A stretch of DNA of 64,000 nucleotides, from sequence record PV252060.1; one strand, given 5' to 3'. The stretch comes from Escherichia phage nithesis. The position numbers and the translations under genes are program-made. Shown here in pieces: positions 1-8,983 of this stretch (positions within the stretch are counted from its first letter, which is position 1; each line of letters opens with the position of its first letter). The notes beneath the pieces are model-generated. The model ran no database searches. It was not told the origin of the DNA and worked only from the letters and a program-made list of their open reading frames with translations.

Positions 1-462
1 ACCCTGTACCTTAACACTAGCATCTGAACCTACTACCGTAGTTCCATTGGTTCGTCTTGTTTGTGTTCTCCATTCTCTTGCTGTACCAGCACCTCCTGCA
101 ATAGTTCCTGAGATACGAACACTGAACATTACCTGGGTATTCCTGGTTCTAGCAGGGAACTTAAGATTACCCCCTTCAATCGTTAGTGCTGCTGTACCTC
201 CTGGTGATTTAGTTATTCCTGGTAATGAAAAGTAATTGAACCAGGTCTGGTCATTTACTGCTTGGTTACCAGTCCATGTATACAAGTCCAGAAGGAAAGT
301 ATCTTCTAACTCTGTTGGTGGGATGGGTAGTAGTTCAGGGGGAAGCTCTGAAACGTTATTAGCAGAAACTATTCGTTCCCCATAGCTTCCCACGACCAAC
401 AAACCACCCTTCATTTTGCACACAACATCCTTACCACTTTGGAAAATATCTTTAATAGACAT
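1..462 (-). CDS. hypothetical protein, N-terminal 154 codons; gene runs off the window start; possible tail or virion protein
   Basis: Hand translation from ATG at 462 (MSIKDIFQSGKDVV...) is open to position 1; GAGGT ribosome-binding site 6 nt upstream; divergent from the lysis cassette. Confidence 0.4.
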   Translation of the reverse strand, partial: MSIKDIFQSGKDVVCKMKGGLLVVGSYGERIVSANNVSELPPELLPIPPTELEDTFLLDLYTWTGNQAVNDQTWFNYFSLPGITKSPGGTAALTIEGGNLKFPARTRNTQVMFSVRISGTIAGGAGTAREWRTQTRRTNGTTVVGSDASVKVQG

Positions 463-586
463 AGTTACCTCGTAGTTGATACCAGACACTATGTCTGGAT
501 GTACTTCATCATACTAAGTATTATCTAAGAGTCATCTTATGATACGACCCTATTGGGGTTCCTAACTTCACAACTACGGTAATATT

Positions 587-916
587 ATGAATGAATCGGG
601 TGAACTGCTTCTAGTCAGACTGGAGGAACGATTGAAGACTCTGTTTGAGAACCAGACAAGGGACAGGCAGGACCGTGAGAAACTGGAGGAAACTCTGGTA
701 GAACTACGGGATTCAATCAATGACATAGGCAATAGACTAAAGAATGTGGAGGATAGCTTAGCTAAGAATGAACCTACTATTGAAGAGTTCATCACCATTA
801 AGCATAAAGTTGTTGGTGCTGGAATCTTCGGTAAGTGGGTGTGGGCTGGGGCAGGTGCAATTATTGGTGTATTGGCTGCTGCAAGACGGGAGATATTCGC
901 ATGGTTCGCAGGTTAA
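587..916 (+). CDS. coiled-coil protein with C-terminal transmembrane helix; holin/antiholin candidate
   Basis: ATG at 587; charged helical N-terminus, C-terminal GAGIFGKWVWAGAGAIIGVLAAA hydrophobic segment; first gene of lysis cassette. Confidence 0.4.
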   Translation: MNESGELLLVRLEERLKTLFENQTRDRQDREKLEETLVELRDSINDIGNRLKNVEDSLAKNEPTIEEFITIKHKVVGAGIFGKWVWAGAGAIIGVLAAARREIFAWFAG

Positions 917-1161
917 AAAGAAAGGTAGAGTTAGTACCTAACTGGAAAAGATGTTGGAAGTGGGCATCCATTCAGATTAGTACATTTGGTTTAATTCTGT
1001 TCTCTGCTGTAGATATTATCCAACCAATGCTGACTGGGTTACCCCGTCACATCCTGGAAGATATTCCCCATGGTTCCAATATTGCAATTGCACTGTTTGC
1101 CTTAAACATCATAGGCAGATTGATACGATTCCGTCCAAAGGAAGATTCACATGAAAGCTAA
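901..1161 (+). CDS. putative holin, two predicted transmembrane helices
   Basis: Internal ATG at 901 of the 835..1161 ORF (835 is GTG); hydrophobic segments ISTFGLILFSAVDII and IAIALFALNIIGRLI; directly upstream of endolysin. Confidence 0.4.
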   Translation: MVRRLKRKVELVPNWKRCWKWASIQISTFGLILFSAVDIIQPMLTGLPRHILEDIPHGSNIAIALFALNIIGRLIRFRPKEDSHES

Positions 1162-1786
1162 ACAAAAACTTGCTGCGAAAGGTGGTGCAGTGGGAGGAGT
1201 TGTCGCTGCTATCCTGGGGGCAGTGTTCTATATGGAAGGGGGATATGTAAACAATCCTCGTGACCCAGGTGGGGAAACTAATCATGGTATTACCCATGCA
1301 GTAGCTAAGTCTCACAAAGAAATTCTGGCCACTGAATACGGTTGGGATGGTTCTATGAAAGGTTTATCTAAAGAGATGGCTGCTGAGATATATATTGATG
1401 ACTACGTACTTAAGCCTAACTTCGTATCCTTCGCTGATATATCTCCTGCTGTAACACATAAGCTGGTAGATGCTGGTGTTAACACTGGTGTAACCCGTCC
1501 TGCTAAGTGGTTGCAGTTATCTCTTAATGAAATGTCCCGTAATGGCAAAGACTACCCTAAAATACAGGTTGATGGTAAAGTCGGTACAAGTACTGTTAAT
1601 GCATATAAAGCATTACAGAAAAAACGAGGCAAAGTTGCAGCATGTCAGGTAATGATTAAGTTACTTGATGCCAAACAACTGAACCACTACACCTCATTAA
1701 ACATGCCAGACTTTACGTATGGTTGGGTAGCTAACCGAATAGGCAATGTGCCACTGGAGGCATGTAATGAAGATGCTAATCTCTAA
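1151..1786 (+). CDS. endolysin, GH108-like N-acetylmuramidase with N-terminal SAR-like hydrophobic segment
   Basis: EGGYVNNPRDPGGETNHGIT motif typical of GH108 muramidases; N-terminal GGAVGGVVAAILGAVFY; AAGGAAG ribosome-binding site before ATG. Confidence 0.6.
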   Translation: MKAKQKLAAKGGAVGGVVAAILGAVFYMEGGYVNNPRDPGGETNHGITHAVAKSHKEILATEYGWDGSMKGLSKEMAAEIYIDDYVLKPNFVSFADISPAVTHKLVDAGVNTGVTRPAKWLQLSLNEMSRNGKDYPKIQVDGKVGTSTVNAYKALQKKRGKVAACQVMIKLLDAKQLNHYTSLNMPDFTYGWVANRIGNVPLEACNEDANL

Positions 1787-2273
1787 AGGTTGGCCTTATC
1801 TTCTGGTGGTGGTCCTAGGGACCACCATTTACTTTTGGGGCAATTCCAATGGGCAGTCTACTGTTCAAAAGAAGTGGGATGACCAAAAGGTTGAATATCA
1901 GAAGGCAATGCAAAAATTACAGGACAAATATAATGCTCTCCAAAGAAACCATAGTTATGAAGTCGGGTTACTCACTTCCCGGTTGCAGACGGCTGAGAGT
2001 AATTACGCAAGCGAGCTTGCTCGCGTTAGCAGTGATTACGACAGCCGGATGCAACAGTCTGAAAGACGAGCATCGGTATATAAACGTCAAGCCGAAGCCG
2101 GAACCTTTGAGTGCAGAAGTCTTGCAAGCCATGCAGCCAGACTCGACAACAGTCTTGAAGAAGGCAGACGTTTGGTTGAAGAACTCAGGGCAACTGTTAG
2201 ACTCCGTGACAGCCAACTAATTGAGTTGGGTAAACAGATTCAGGCTGACCGTAAACTTTTTGAACAGGAATAA
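1746..2273 (+). CDS. i-spanin (Rz-like)
   Basis: N-terminal transmembrane segment [16 protein letters not shown] followed by long coiled-coil region; overlaps endolysin 3' end. Confidence 0.5.
   Translation: MCHWRHVMKMLISKGWPYLLVVVLGTTIYFWGNSNGQSTVQKKWDDQKVEYQKAMQKLQDKYNALQRNHSYEVGLLTSRLQTAESNYASELARVSSDYDSRMQQSERRASVYKRQAEAGTFECRSLASHAARLDNSLEEGRRLVEELRATVRLRDSQLIELGKQIQADRKLFEQE
1957..2220 (+). CDS. o-spanin (Rz1-like lipoprotein) embedded in another frame of the Rz gene
   Basis: Alternate-frame ORF inside 1746..2273; lipoprotein-like signal [22 protein letters not shown] then Pro-rich mature part; start codon not certain. Confidence 0.45.
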   Translation: MKSGYSLPGCRRLRVITQASLLALAVITTAGCNSLKDEHRYINVKPKPEPLSAEVLQAMQPDSTTVLKKADVWLKNSGQLLDSVTAN

Positions 2274-2275
2274 CT

Positions 2276-4546
2276 ATGGAACACCAAGACACTTTTAAGC
2301 CTTTACCAGACCCAGCTCAATCAGAGAAGTTAACGGACTGGAAAAAAGAACCAAGTATCCAATTACTGAAAGGTGATTTGGAATCAGCTAAACCTGCTCA
2401 CGATGCAATCATGGCTCAGATTCGTGAGTGGAATGACCTGATGGAAGTCAAAGGCAAAGCTAAACCCCCAAAGGTTAAAGGGCGTTCTCAAGTTCAGCCT
2501 AGACTGGTTCGCCGTCAGGCTGAGTGGCGTTATGCACCACTATCTGAACCATTCCTCTCTTCTAATAAACTCTTTAAAGTAACTCCTGTTACTTTTGAAG
2601 ATGAGTTAGCTGCACGACAGAATGAATTAGTTCTTAACTACCAATTCCGTACCCAGCTTAATAAAGTAAAGCTGGTGGATGATTACGTACATAGTGTCGT
2701 AGATGACGGTACTGGTATTGCACGTATTGGCTGGGAACGTAAGACTGTTAAGATTAAAACAGAAACCCCGGTCTTCCAGTTGTATCCAATTGAGAACCAA
2801 GAACAAGCAGATATTCTTCAGCAGGCTTTGCAGCTTCAGGCAGAGAATCCCCGTGAGTATGATGAAACAATGCCGGAAGATATTAAGGAAGCTGTTAACT
2901 ACTTCAATGAAACTGGAGAAGCCACTTATGCAATCCAGACTGGTGTTACTGAGGTAGAGGTAGAGAAAGCATTGGTTAACAGACCTACTGTTGAAATGCT
3001 TAATCCAAATAACGTAGTTATTGACCCAAGCTGTAATGGTGATTTGGATAAAGCTTTGTATGCAGTTATCTCATTTGAGACATGCAAAGCAGACCTCATG
3101 AAGAACAAAGACCGTTATCATAATCTGGATAAGATTGACTGGGAAAGTTCCAGTCCTATGACTGACCCAGACCATGAAAGTAAAACTCCTGGTGACTTCC
3201 AGTTTAAGGATGCACTTCGTAAGAAAGTAATTGCTTATGAATACTGGGGATTTTACGACATCAACGATGATGGCTCACTGGAACCAATTGTAGCTACCTG
3301 GATTGGTTCTACTCTTATTCGCATGGAAAAGAATCCATTCCCGGATGGTAAGTTGCCTTTGGTAGTTGTTCCTTATATGCCTCGTAAACGCGAACTCTAC
3401 GGTGAAGCTGATGCTGAATTGTTAGGAGATAACCAAGCAATTCTTGGTGCAACTATGCGTGGGATGATTGACCTGTTAGGTCGAAGTGCAAATGGGCAAC
3501 GTGGTTATCCTAAGGGGATGTTAGATACCCTAAACCGACGTCGATATGATGATGGTCAAGACTATGAGTATAACCCAATGCAGGGCAATCCTAGTCAGGC
3601 CATTATGGAACATAAGTTCCCTGAGTTACCTCAGTCGGCAATAGTAATGACTCAGATGCAGAACCAGGAAGCTGAAGCACTAACTGGTGTTAAAGCATTC
3701 TCTGGTGGTGTAACTGGTGCAGCTTACGGAGATGTGGCTGCTGGTATTCGTGGTGCACTCGATGCAGCATCCAAACGTGAGATGGCAATCCTTCGTCGGT
3801 TAGCTAAGGGTATGGCAGACATTGGTACTAAGATTTGTGCAATGAATGCTGTGTTCTTATCTGAGAAAGAAGTAGTACGTATTACTAATGAGCAATATGT
3901 AGAAATTAACCGTGAAGACCTTAAAGGTAATTTCGATATTGAAGTTGATATTAATACTGCTGAAATTGATAACCAGAAATCTCAAGATTTGAGCTTCATG
4001 GTTCAAACGTTAGGTAATACAGTTGACCAGACTATTACTTTATCTCTTGTAGCTAAGATTGCAGAACTCAAACGCATGCCTGACCTTGCACATGAATTAC
4101 GTACCTGGAAACCACAACCAGACCCTATGGAAGAACAGCTTAAGCAATTGGCAATTCAGAAAGCACAGCTTGAGAATGAAGAGTTGAAAAGTAAGATTGC
4201 ACTCAATAATGCTAAGGCTAAAGAGGCTATTTCTAGTGGTGATCTTAAAGACCTGGATTATCTGGAACAGGAATCTGGTACTAAACATGCTCGTGATATG
4301 GAAAAACAAAAAGCACAATCTCAAGGAAACCAGAACCTTCAGATAACTAAGGCGTTGACAACACCTACTAAAGAAGGTGAAACTACCCCCAACATATCTG
4401 CTGCTGTCGGATATAACGCTTTGACTAACGGGAACTCTTTACAGGAACGTGACTTAGCTGCACAGCAAGACCCGACTTATTCACTTAGTTCCCAGTATTA
4501 TGACCCTAGCCAAGACCCAGCATCGGCTCTTGGTATGAACTTATAA
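2276..4546 (+). CDS. portal protein (N4 gp59-like)
   Basis: 756 aa, size and position relative to capsid gene match N4-like portal; acidic C-terminus. Confidence 0.6.
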   Translation: MEHQDTFKPLPDPAQSEKLTDWKKEPSIQLLKGDLESAKPAHDAIMAQIREWNDLMEVKGKAKPPKVKGRSQVQPRLVRRQAEWRYAPLSEPFLSSNKLFKVTPVTFEDELAARQNELVLNYQFRTQLNKVKLVDDYVHSVVDDGTGIARIGWERKTVKIKTETPVFQLYPIENQEQADILQQALQLQAENPREYDETMPEDIKEAVNYFNETGEATYAIQTGVTEVEVEKALVNRPTVEMLNPNNVVIDPSCNGDLDKALYAVISFETCKADLMKNKDRYHNLDKIDWESSSPMTDPDHESKTPGDFQFKDALRKKVIAYEYWGFYDINDDGSLEPIVATWIGSTLIRMEKNPFPDGKLPLVVVPYMPRKRELYGEADAELLGDNQAILGATMRGMIDLLGRSANGQRGYPKGMLDTLNRRRYDDGQDYEYNPMQGNPSQAIMEHKFPELPQSAIVMTQMQNQEAEALTGVKAFSGGVTGAAYGDVAAGIRGALDAASKREMAILRRLAKGMADIGTKICAMNAVFLSEKEVVRITNEQYVEINREDLKGNFDIEVDINTAEIDNQKSQDLSFMVQTLGNTVDQTITLSLVAKIAELKRMPDLAHELRTWKPQPDPMEEQLKQLAIQKAQLENEELKSKIALNNAKAKEAISSGDLKDLDYLEQESGTKHARDMEKQKAQSQGNQNLQITKALTTPTKEGETTPNISAAVGYNALTNGNSLQERDLAAQQDPTYSLSSQYYDPSQDPASALGMNL

Positions 4547-4559
4547 GGCAGACCTTCAC

Positions 4560-4904
4560 ATGAGTAAAGAATCAACAATCGCAGGACTGGAACATCGACT
4601 GGAAGTTGCTAAAGGTGCAGTTGCACATGCAGAAGATGTACGTAAACTTCTGGAGAACCCACTGTTCCGTAAAGTAATCCTTCGTCAGTTCTGTGTAGAA
4701 GATTGTGCACGTTACGTGCAGGAGTCTGGTGACCCACTCCTTGAACCTAATAACCGTGCTGATGCATTGAACATGGCTCAGGCTGCTGGTCACTTACGTC
4801 GTTGGCTCGACCTCGCCATTCGTATGGGTGAAAACGAAGCTGACGTTATTCTTCAGGTAGAAGAAGAACTCGATGCAGTTCGTGCTGAACCTGAAGACGA
4901 ATAA
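4560..4904 (+). CDS. hypothetical head-module protein
   Basis: 114-aa ORF in ordered plus-strand array between portal and capsid genes. Confidence 0.4.
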   Translation: MSKESTIAGLEHRLEVAKGAVAHAEDVRKLLENPLFRKVILRQFCVEDCARYVQESGDPLLEPNNRADALNMAQAAGHLRRWLDLAIRMGENEADVILQVEEELDAVRAEPEDE

Positions 4905-4923
4905 TTAACCGGAGATATTTCCT

Positions 4924-6144
4924 ATGACTACGGAAGCTGCAACCACAGCTTCCGACATTCTCGCAATGTCGGATGATGAGATTCTGAATATGGAAGCCCC
5001 AGCAATTGTTGCTGAGGAAGAAACTTCCACTCAGAACAACCCAGAAACCAACGGCGTACAGACTCCTGATGAAGAAGTTGACACCTCTGCTGTTGAAGAC
5101 CTACCAACCGAAGAAACCTCCCCCGAAACTGAACCAGTTGAAGATGATTCAGCAAATTCTTTAACTTCTGATAAAGTTGATGATAAAGTTGTTGACACAG
5201 AAGTTGATAGTAACGGCAAGCCGATTACTAAAGCTGAACCTTCTACTGCTGAACCAGGCCAGGAACAGAAAGAAGAAGGCAAACAGTCTGAAGGTCTGCC
5301 TGCTGACTTCAACTATAAGGAAGGTTATGAGAAGTTGATGGCTCCTTTTAAAGCTAACGGCAAAATGATTACTCCCCGTTCACCGGAGGAGGCCATTAGC
5401 CTGATGCAGATGGGTGCTAACTATACTCGTAAGATGCAAGAACTTCAGCCGTACCGTAAGGTAATGCTGATGCTACAAAACAACGGTTTAATGGATGAGG
5501 AAAAACTTTCTTTCCTGATTGACCTGGATAAGAAGAATCCTGAAGCCATTAAAAAGTTGTTGAAAGACTCTGGTACAGATCCTCTGGACTTTAATCCAGA
5601 AGAGGAGATTAACTACCAGGGTGGCAAACACCGTGTTACAGACACCGAAGCAGATTTTGCAACCGAAATTGACGACTTAAAGTCTACTCAAGAAGGACAA
5701 GCTACATTAGGTGTTATTAGCTCGACATGGGATGCTGCCAGTAAAGATGCTCTTTATCAGAATCGTGGCTTACTCCACACCATTCACGAACAGCGTGAGA
5801 ATGGTATTTATGACACCATTGCTAACGAAGTGAATCGTCTTCAGGTGTTAGGTCAGATTCCGGTAGGTACTCCGTTTATTCAGGCTTATAACTACGTTGG
5901 TAACCTCCTTGCACAACAGGGAGCATTTAACCAAGTGGCTAAGCCTGAACCGGTACAAGCAGTTAAACCAGCAGTTCAGCCGGTAGTGCGTATAGCACAA
6001 CCTAAGCAGACTCTGGCTAACAATGAGCAAGCTAAAGCAGCTTCCCTTAATCGGGCTGCTACACGTAAAGCAACACCTATTGTAAACCCACTCGCTATGA
6101 GTGATGAAGATTTCGCTAAACTCCCAGTACCGGGTAGTCTTTAA
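4924..6144 (+). CDS. acidic protein, scaffolding-protein candidate
   Basis: 406 aa, strongly acidic low-complexity N-terminus, immediately upstream of major capsid gene. Confidence 0.35.
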   Translation: MTTEAATTASDILAMSDDEILNMEAPAIVAEEETSTQNNPETNGVQTPDEEVDTSAVEDLPTEETSPETEPVEDDSANSLTSDKVDDKVVDTEVDSNGKPITKAEPSTAEPGQEQKEEGKQSEGLPADFNYKEGYEKLMAPFKANGKMITPRSPEEAISLMQMGANYTRKMQELQPYRKVMLMLQNNGLMDEEKLSFLIDLDKKNPEAIKKLLKDSGTDPLDFNPEEEINYQGGKHRVTDTEADFATEIDDLKSTQEGQATLGVISSTWDAASKDALYQNRGLLHTIHEQRENGIYDTIANEVNRLQVLGQIPVGTPFIQAYNYVGNLLAQQGAFNQVAKPEPVQAVKPAVQPVVRIAQPKQTLANNEQAKAASLNRAATRKATPIVNPLAMSDEDFAKLPVPGSL

Positions 6145-6160
6145 ACAGGAATGAGATGAT

Positions 6161-7363
6161 ATGTTAAACTATAACGCTCCAATTGACGGTCAGAAATCTA
6201 GCATTGATGGTGCTGGTTCCGACCAGATGAATACCTATTACTGGCTGAAAAAGGCTATTATTCAGTCCCGTAAAGACCAATATTTCATGCCTCTGGCTAA
6301 CACCGTTAACATGCCGAAGAACTACGGTAAGACTGTTAAGGTGTACGAGTACGTTCCTCTGCTTGACGATAAGAACATTAACGATCAGGGTATTGATGCT
6401 AACGGTGCTACCATAGTTAACGGTAACCTGTACGGTTCTTCCAAAGACGTTGGTAACATCACCTCTAAACTGCCTCTGCTGTCAGAGAACGGTGGTCGTG
6501 TTAACCGTGTAGGCTTTACTCGTCTGGCTCGTGAAGGTTCTATTCATAAGTTCGGTTTCTTCTACGAATTTACTCAAGAATCTCTGGACTTTGATTCTGA
6601 CGACCAACTTAAAGAACACCTGTCTCGTGAACTGATGAACGGTGCTGTACAGTTGACTGAAGCTGTTCTCCAGAAAGACCTGCTGGCTGCTGCTGGTACT
6701 GTACTGTATGCAGGTGCTGCTGTTTCTGATGCTACCATCACTGGTGAAGGTTCTACCCCGTCTGTAGTTTCTTATAAGAACCTGATGCGTCTTGACCAGA
6801 TTCTTACTGAGAACCGTACTCCGACCCAGACTACTATCATCACTGGTTCTAAACTGACTGATACCAAAGTACTTGGTGGTACTCGTGTAATGTACGTTGG
6901 TTCTGAACTGGTTCCAGAACTGAAAGCGATGAAAGACCTGTTTGGTAATAAAGCATTCATCGAAGTTCAGCACTATGCTGATGCTGGTACACTGATGAAT
7001 GGTGAAATTGGTTGTATTGATAAGTTCCGTATTATCCAGGTTCCAGAGATGCTGCATTGGGCAGGTGCTGGTGCACAGGTTACTACTAACCCGGGTTACC
7101 GTACCACTATGGTATCTGGTCAGGAGCACTACGACGTATTCCCGATGCTGGTAGTTGGTGATGATTCCTTCTCTACCATTGGCTTCCAGACTGATGGTAA
7201 GTCTGTTAAGTTCACCATCATGACTAAGATGCCTGGTAAAGAAACTGCTGACCGTAATGACCCGTATGGTGAGACTGGCTTCAGTTCTATCAAGTGGTAC
7301 TATGGTATCCTGGTTAAACGCCCAGAACGTCTGGCTCTGATTAAGACTGTTGCTCCTCTGTAA
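6161..7363 (+). CDS. major capsid protein (N4 gp56-like)
   Basis: 400 aa, size and order as in N4-like phages; followed by a stem-loop. Confidence 0.6.
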   Translation: MLNYNAPIDGQKSSIDGAGSDQMNTYYWLKKAIIQSRKDQYFMPLANTVNMPKNYGKTVKVYEYVPLLDDKNINDQGIDANGATIVNGNLYGSSKDVGNITSKLPLLSENGGRVNRVGFTRLAREGSIHKFGFFYEFTQESLDFDSDDQLKEHLSRELMNGAVQLTEAVLQKDLLAAAGTVLYAGAAVSDATITGEGSTPSVVSYKNLMRLDQILTENRTPTQTTIITGSKLTDTKVLGGTRVMYVGSELVPELKAMKDLFGNKAFIEVQHYADAGTLMNGEIGCIDKFRIIQVPEMLHWAGAGAQVTTNPGYRTTMVSGQEHYDVFPMLVVGDDSFSTIGFQTDGKSVKFTIMTKMPGKETADRNDPYGETGFSSIKWYYGILVKRPERLALIKTVAPL

Positions 7364-7380
7364 TAGTCCGAAATAAAACA

Positions 7381-7400
7381 AGGGGGACATAAGTCCCCCT
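7381..7400 (+). terminator. stem-loop after capsid gene (weak intrinsic terminator)
   Basis: agggggac-ataa-gtccccct perfect 8-bp stem, short T-containing tail. Confidence 0.4.
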
Positions 7401-7430
7401 CTTAATAAAACTAAATGAACTACAGGAAAT

Positions 7431-8069
7431 ATGAACATGAGCATTAACGATAAACCGACCACTGACGTAGAAGTGAACGTACAGGGCAACGAAGATACCG
7501 TTAACGATATTGCAATGCCTAGCGAACTTGAAGTTCTTAAGCAACGAGCAACGTTGATGAATATCAAGTTCTCTAACAACATTTCCGTTGAGAAGCTTCG
7601 TGAGAAGATTGAAGCTGCACAAGTAAAAGATGAACCAGTAGTAGAAGCTACTGTTAACCCATTGGGTGCTAATCAGGAAGCCGGTGTTAAGAAGATGACC
7701 CTGGGTCAGAAGATTCGTGCAGAACAGACTCGACTGATTCGTGTACGTATTCAGAACCTTGACCCTAAGAAGAAAGACCTCCCGGGTGAGATTATCACCG
7801 TAGCTAACGAATACATGGGTACTGTACGTAAGTTTGTTCCGTTCGGTGAAGTAACCGACAATGGTTATCATATTCCGTACTGTATCTACGAGTTCCTTAA
7901 AGAGCGTAAGTTCATTAACATTACTACCCGTAAAGGTAAGAATGGCTTACCTGACATCCGTGCAACAGAAGCACGAGAGTTCTCCATTGAAGTACTGCCT
8001 CCGTTGACAGAAGCTGAATTAGCTCAACTGGCTCAAGCACAGATTGCTGCTGGTAGCCTTAACGATTAA
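7431..8069 (+). CDS. hypothetical virion protein
   Basis: 212-aa ORF in structural array. Confidence 0.4.
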   Translation: MNMSINDKPTTDVEVNVQGNEDTVNDIAMPSELEVLKQRATLMNIKFSNNISVEKLREKIEAAQVKDEPVVEATVNPLGANQEAGVKKMTLGQKIRAEQTRLIRVRIQNLDPKKKDLPGEIITVANEYMGTVRKFVPFGEVTDNGYHIPYCIYEFLKERKFINITTRKGKNGLPDIRATEAREFSIEVLPPLTEAELAQLAQAQIAAGSLND

Positions 8070-8090
8070 CGTATAAGCTACAGTTCAACA

Positions 8091-8128
8091 CGGCTCACTG
8101 GGGTAACTCCGTGGGCCGTTTCTTTTTG
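8091..8128 (+). terminator. rho-independent terminator
   Basis: cggctcac...gtgggccg stem (one G-U pair) followed by tttcttttt. Confidence 0.5.
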
Positions 8129-8139
8129 AACCAAGAGGA

Positions 8140-8982
8140 ATGATTATGTCTTGTTCTGCTGAGGTAGAAGCTAACCGACTCCTAGAAGAGTTAACTAAGG
8201 GTGATGACTTTACCCTTCCTGATATTGATATGTCTGGCCCTGAATGGGATATCCCTGGTGGTGATGATTCTCCAATCTTTGGTGCCATTACTAAAGTAAC
8301 CAACGAATCTCTTACTACCCGTGAAGTAGGTGGCAGTGGTACGTTTGATGCATTAATGGAATCTGCACATAATCACCTTAAAGCTGAGTTTAAGGCTAAC
8401 CGTATTACAGGTGGTGAATATACCAAAGCATACATTGCTATGATGGAATCATGCATGAGTAATGCTGTTCAGTTCTTACTTGGTCGTGACCAGGCATACT
8501 GGGCTGCTGCATTGGCACAGATTCAGGCTGTTACTGCACGTGTTACACTGGCTACCTCTAAAGCACAGTTTGTACTAGCTAAGATTCAAGCAATATCTGC
8601 TAAGAGTGAATACGCTCTTACTAAGATGAAGATTGCTACTGAGTCTGAAACGTACTGTGCTGCATTGTTTAATGCCGACCAGATGTTACCTCAACAGCTT
8701 AAATTGCTTACTGAGCAGACTGAAGCACAACGTGCACAGACACTGGATACTCGTACTGATGGTGCAGTAGTTAAGGGTTCTGTAGGTAAACAGAAAGAGT
8801 TGTACTCCCAGCAGATTACTTCTTACCAACGTGATGCAGAGGTTAAAGCATCTAAGCTGTTCACTGATGCATGGATTACACAGAAGACTATTGATGAAGG
8901 CTTGAATCCACCTAATGGTTTCACCAACGCAAGTATTGACACCATTCTGACCAAGCTGAAGTCTAACAACGGGCTGAACTAA
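8140..8982 (+). CDS. hypothetical virion protein
   Basis: 280-aa ORF in structural array. Confidence 0.4.
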   Translation: MIMSCSAEVEANRLLEELTKGDDFTLPDIDMSGPEWDIPGGDDSPIFGAITKVTNESLTTREVGGSGTFDALMESAHNHLKAEFKANRITGGEYTKAYIAMMESCMSNAVQFLLGRDQAYWAAALAQIQAVTARVTLATSKAQFVLAKIQAISAKSEYALTKMKIATESETYCAALFNADQMLPQQLKLLTEQTEAQRAQTLDTRTDGAVVKGSVGKQKELYSQQITSYQRDAEVKASKLFTDAWITQKTIDEGLNPPNGFTNASIDTILTKLKSNNGLN

Positions 8983-8983
8983 T

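Noticed and set aside
47-235. 62-aa plus-strand ORF at window start
   Set aside because: Lies antisense inside the better-supported leftward partial gene (1-462).
449-462. 14-nt exact repeat tctttaatagacat also at 63967-63980, considered as a terminal-repeat trace
   Set aside because: Similarity does not extend beyond 15 nt, and several chance 14-mers are expected in 64 kb. The second copy starts only a 23-codon ORF.
6482-7582. 366-aa minus-strand ORF antisense to the major capsid gene
   Set aside because: Completely overlaps the plus-strand capsid and neighbouring gene, with low-complexity Ser/Thr/Leu-rich translation; a shadow ORF.
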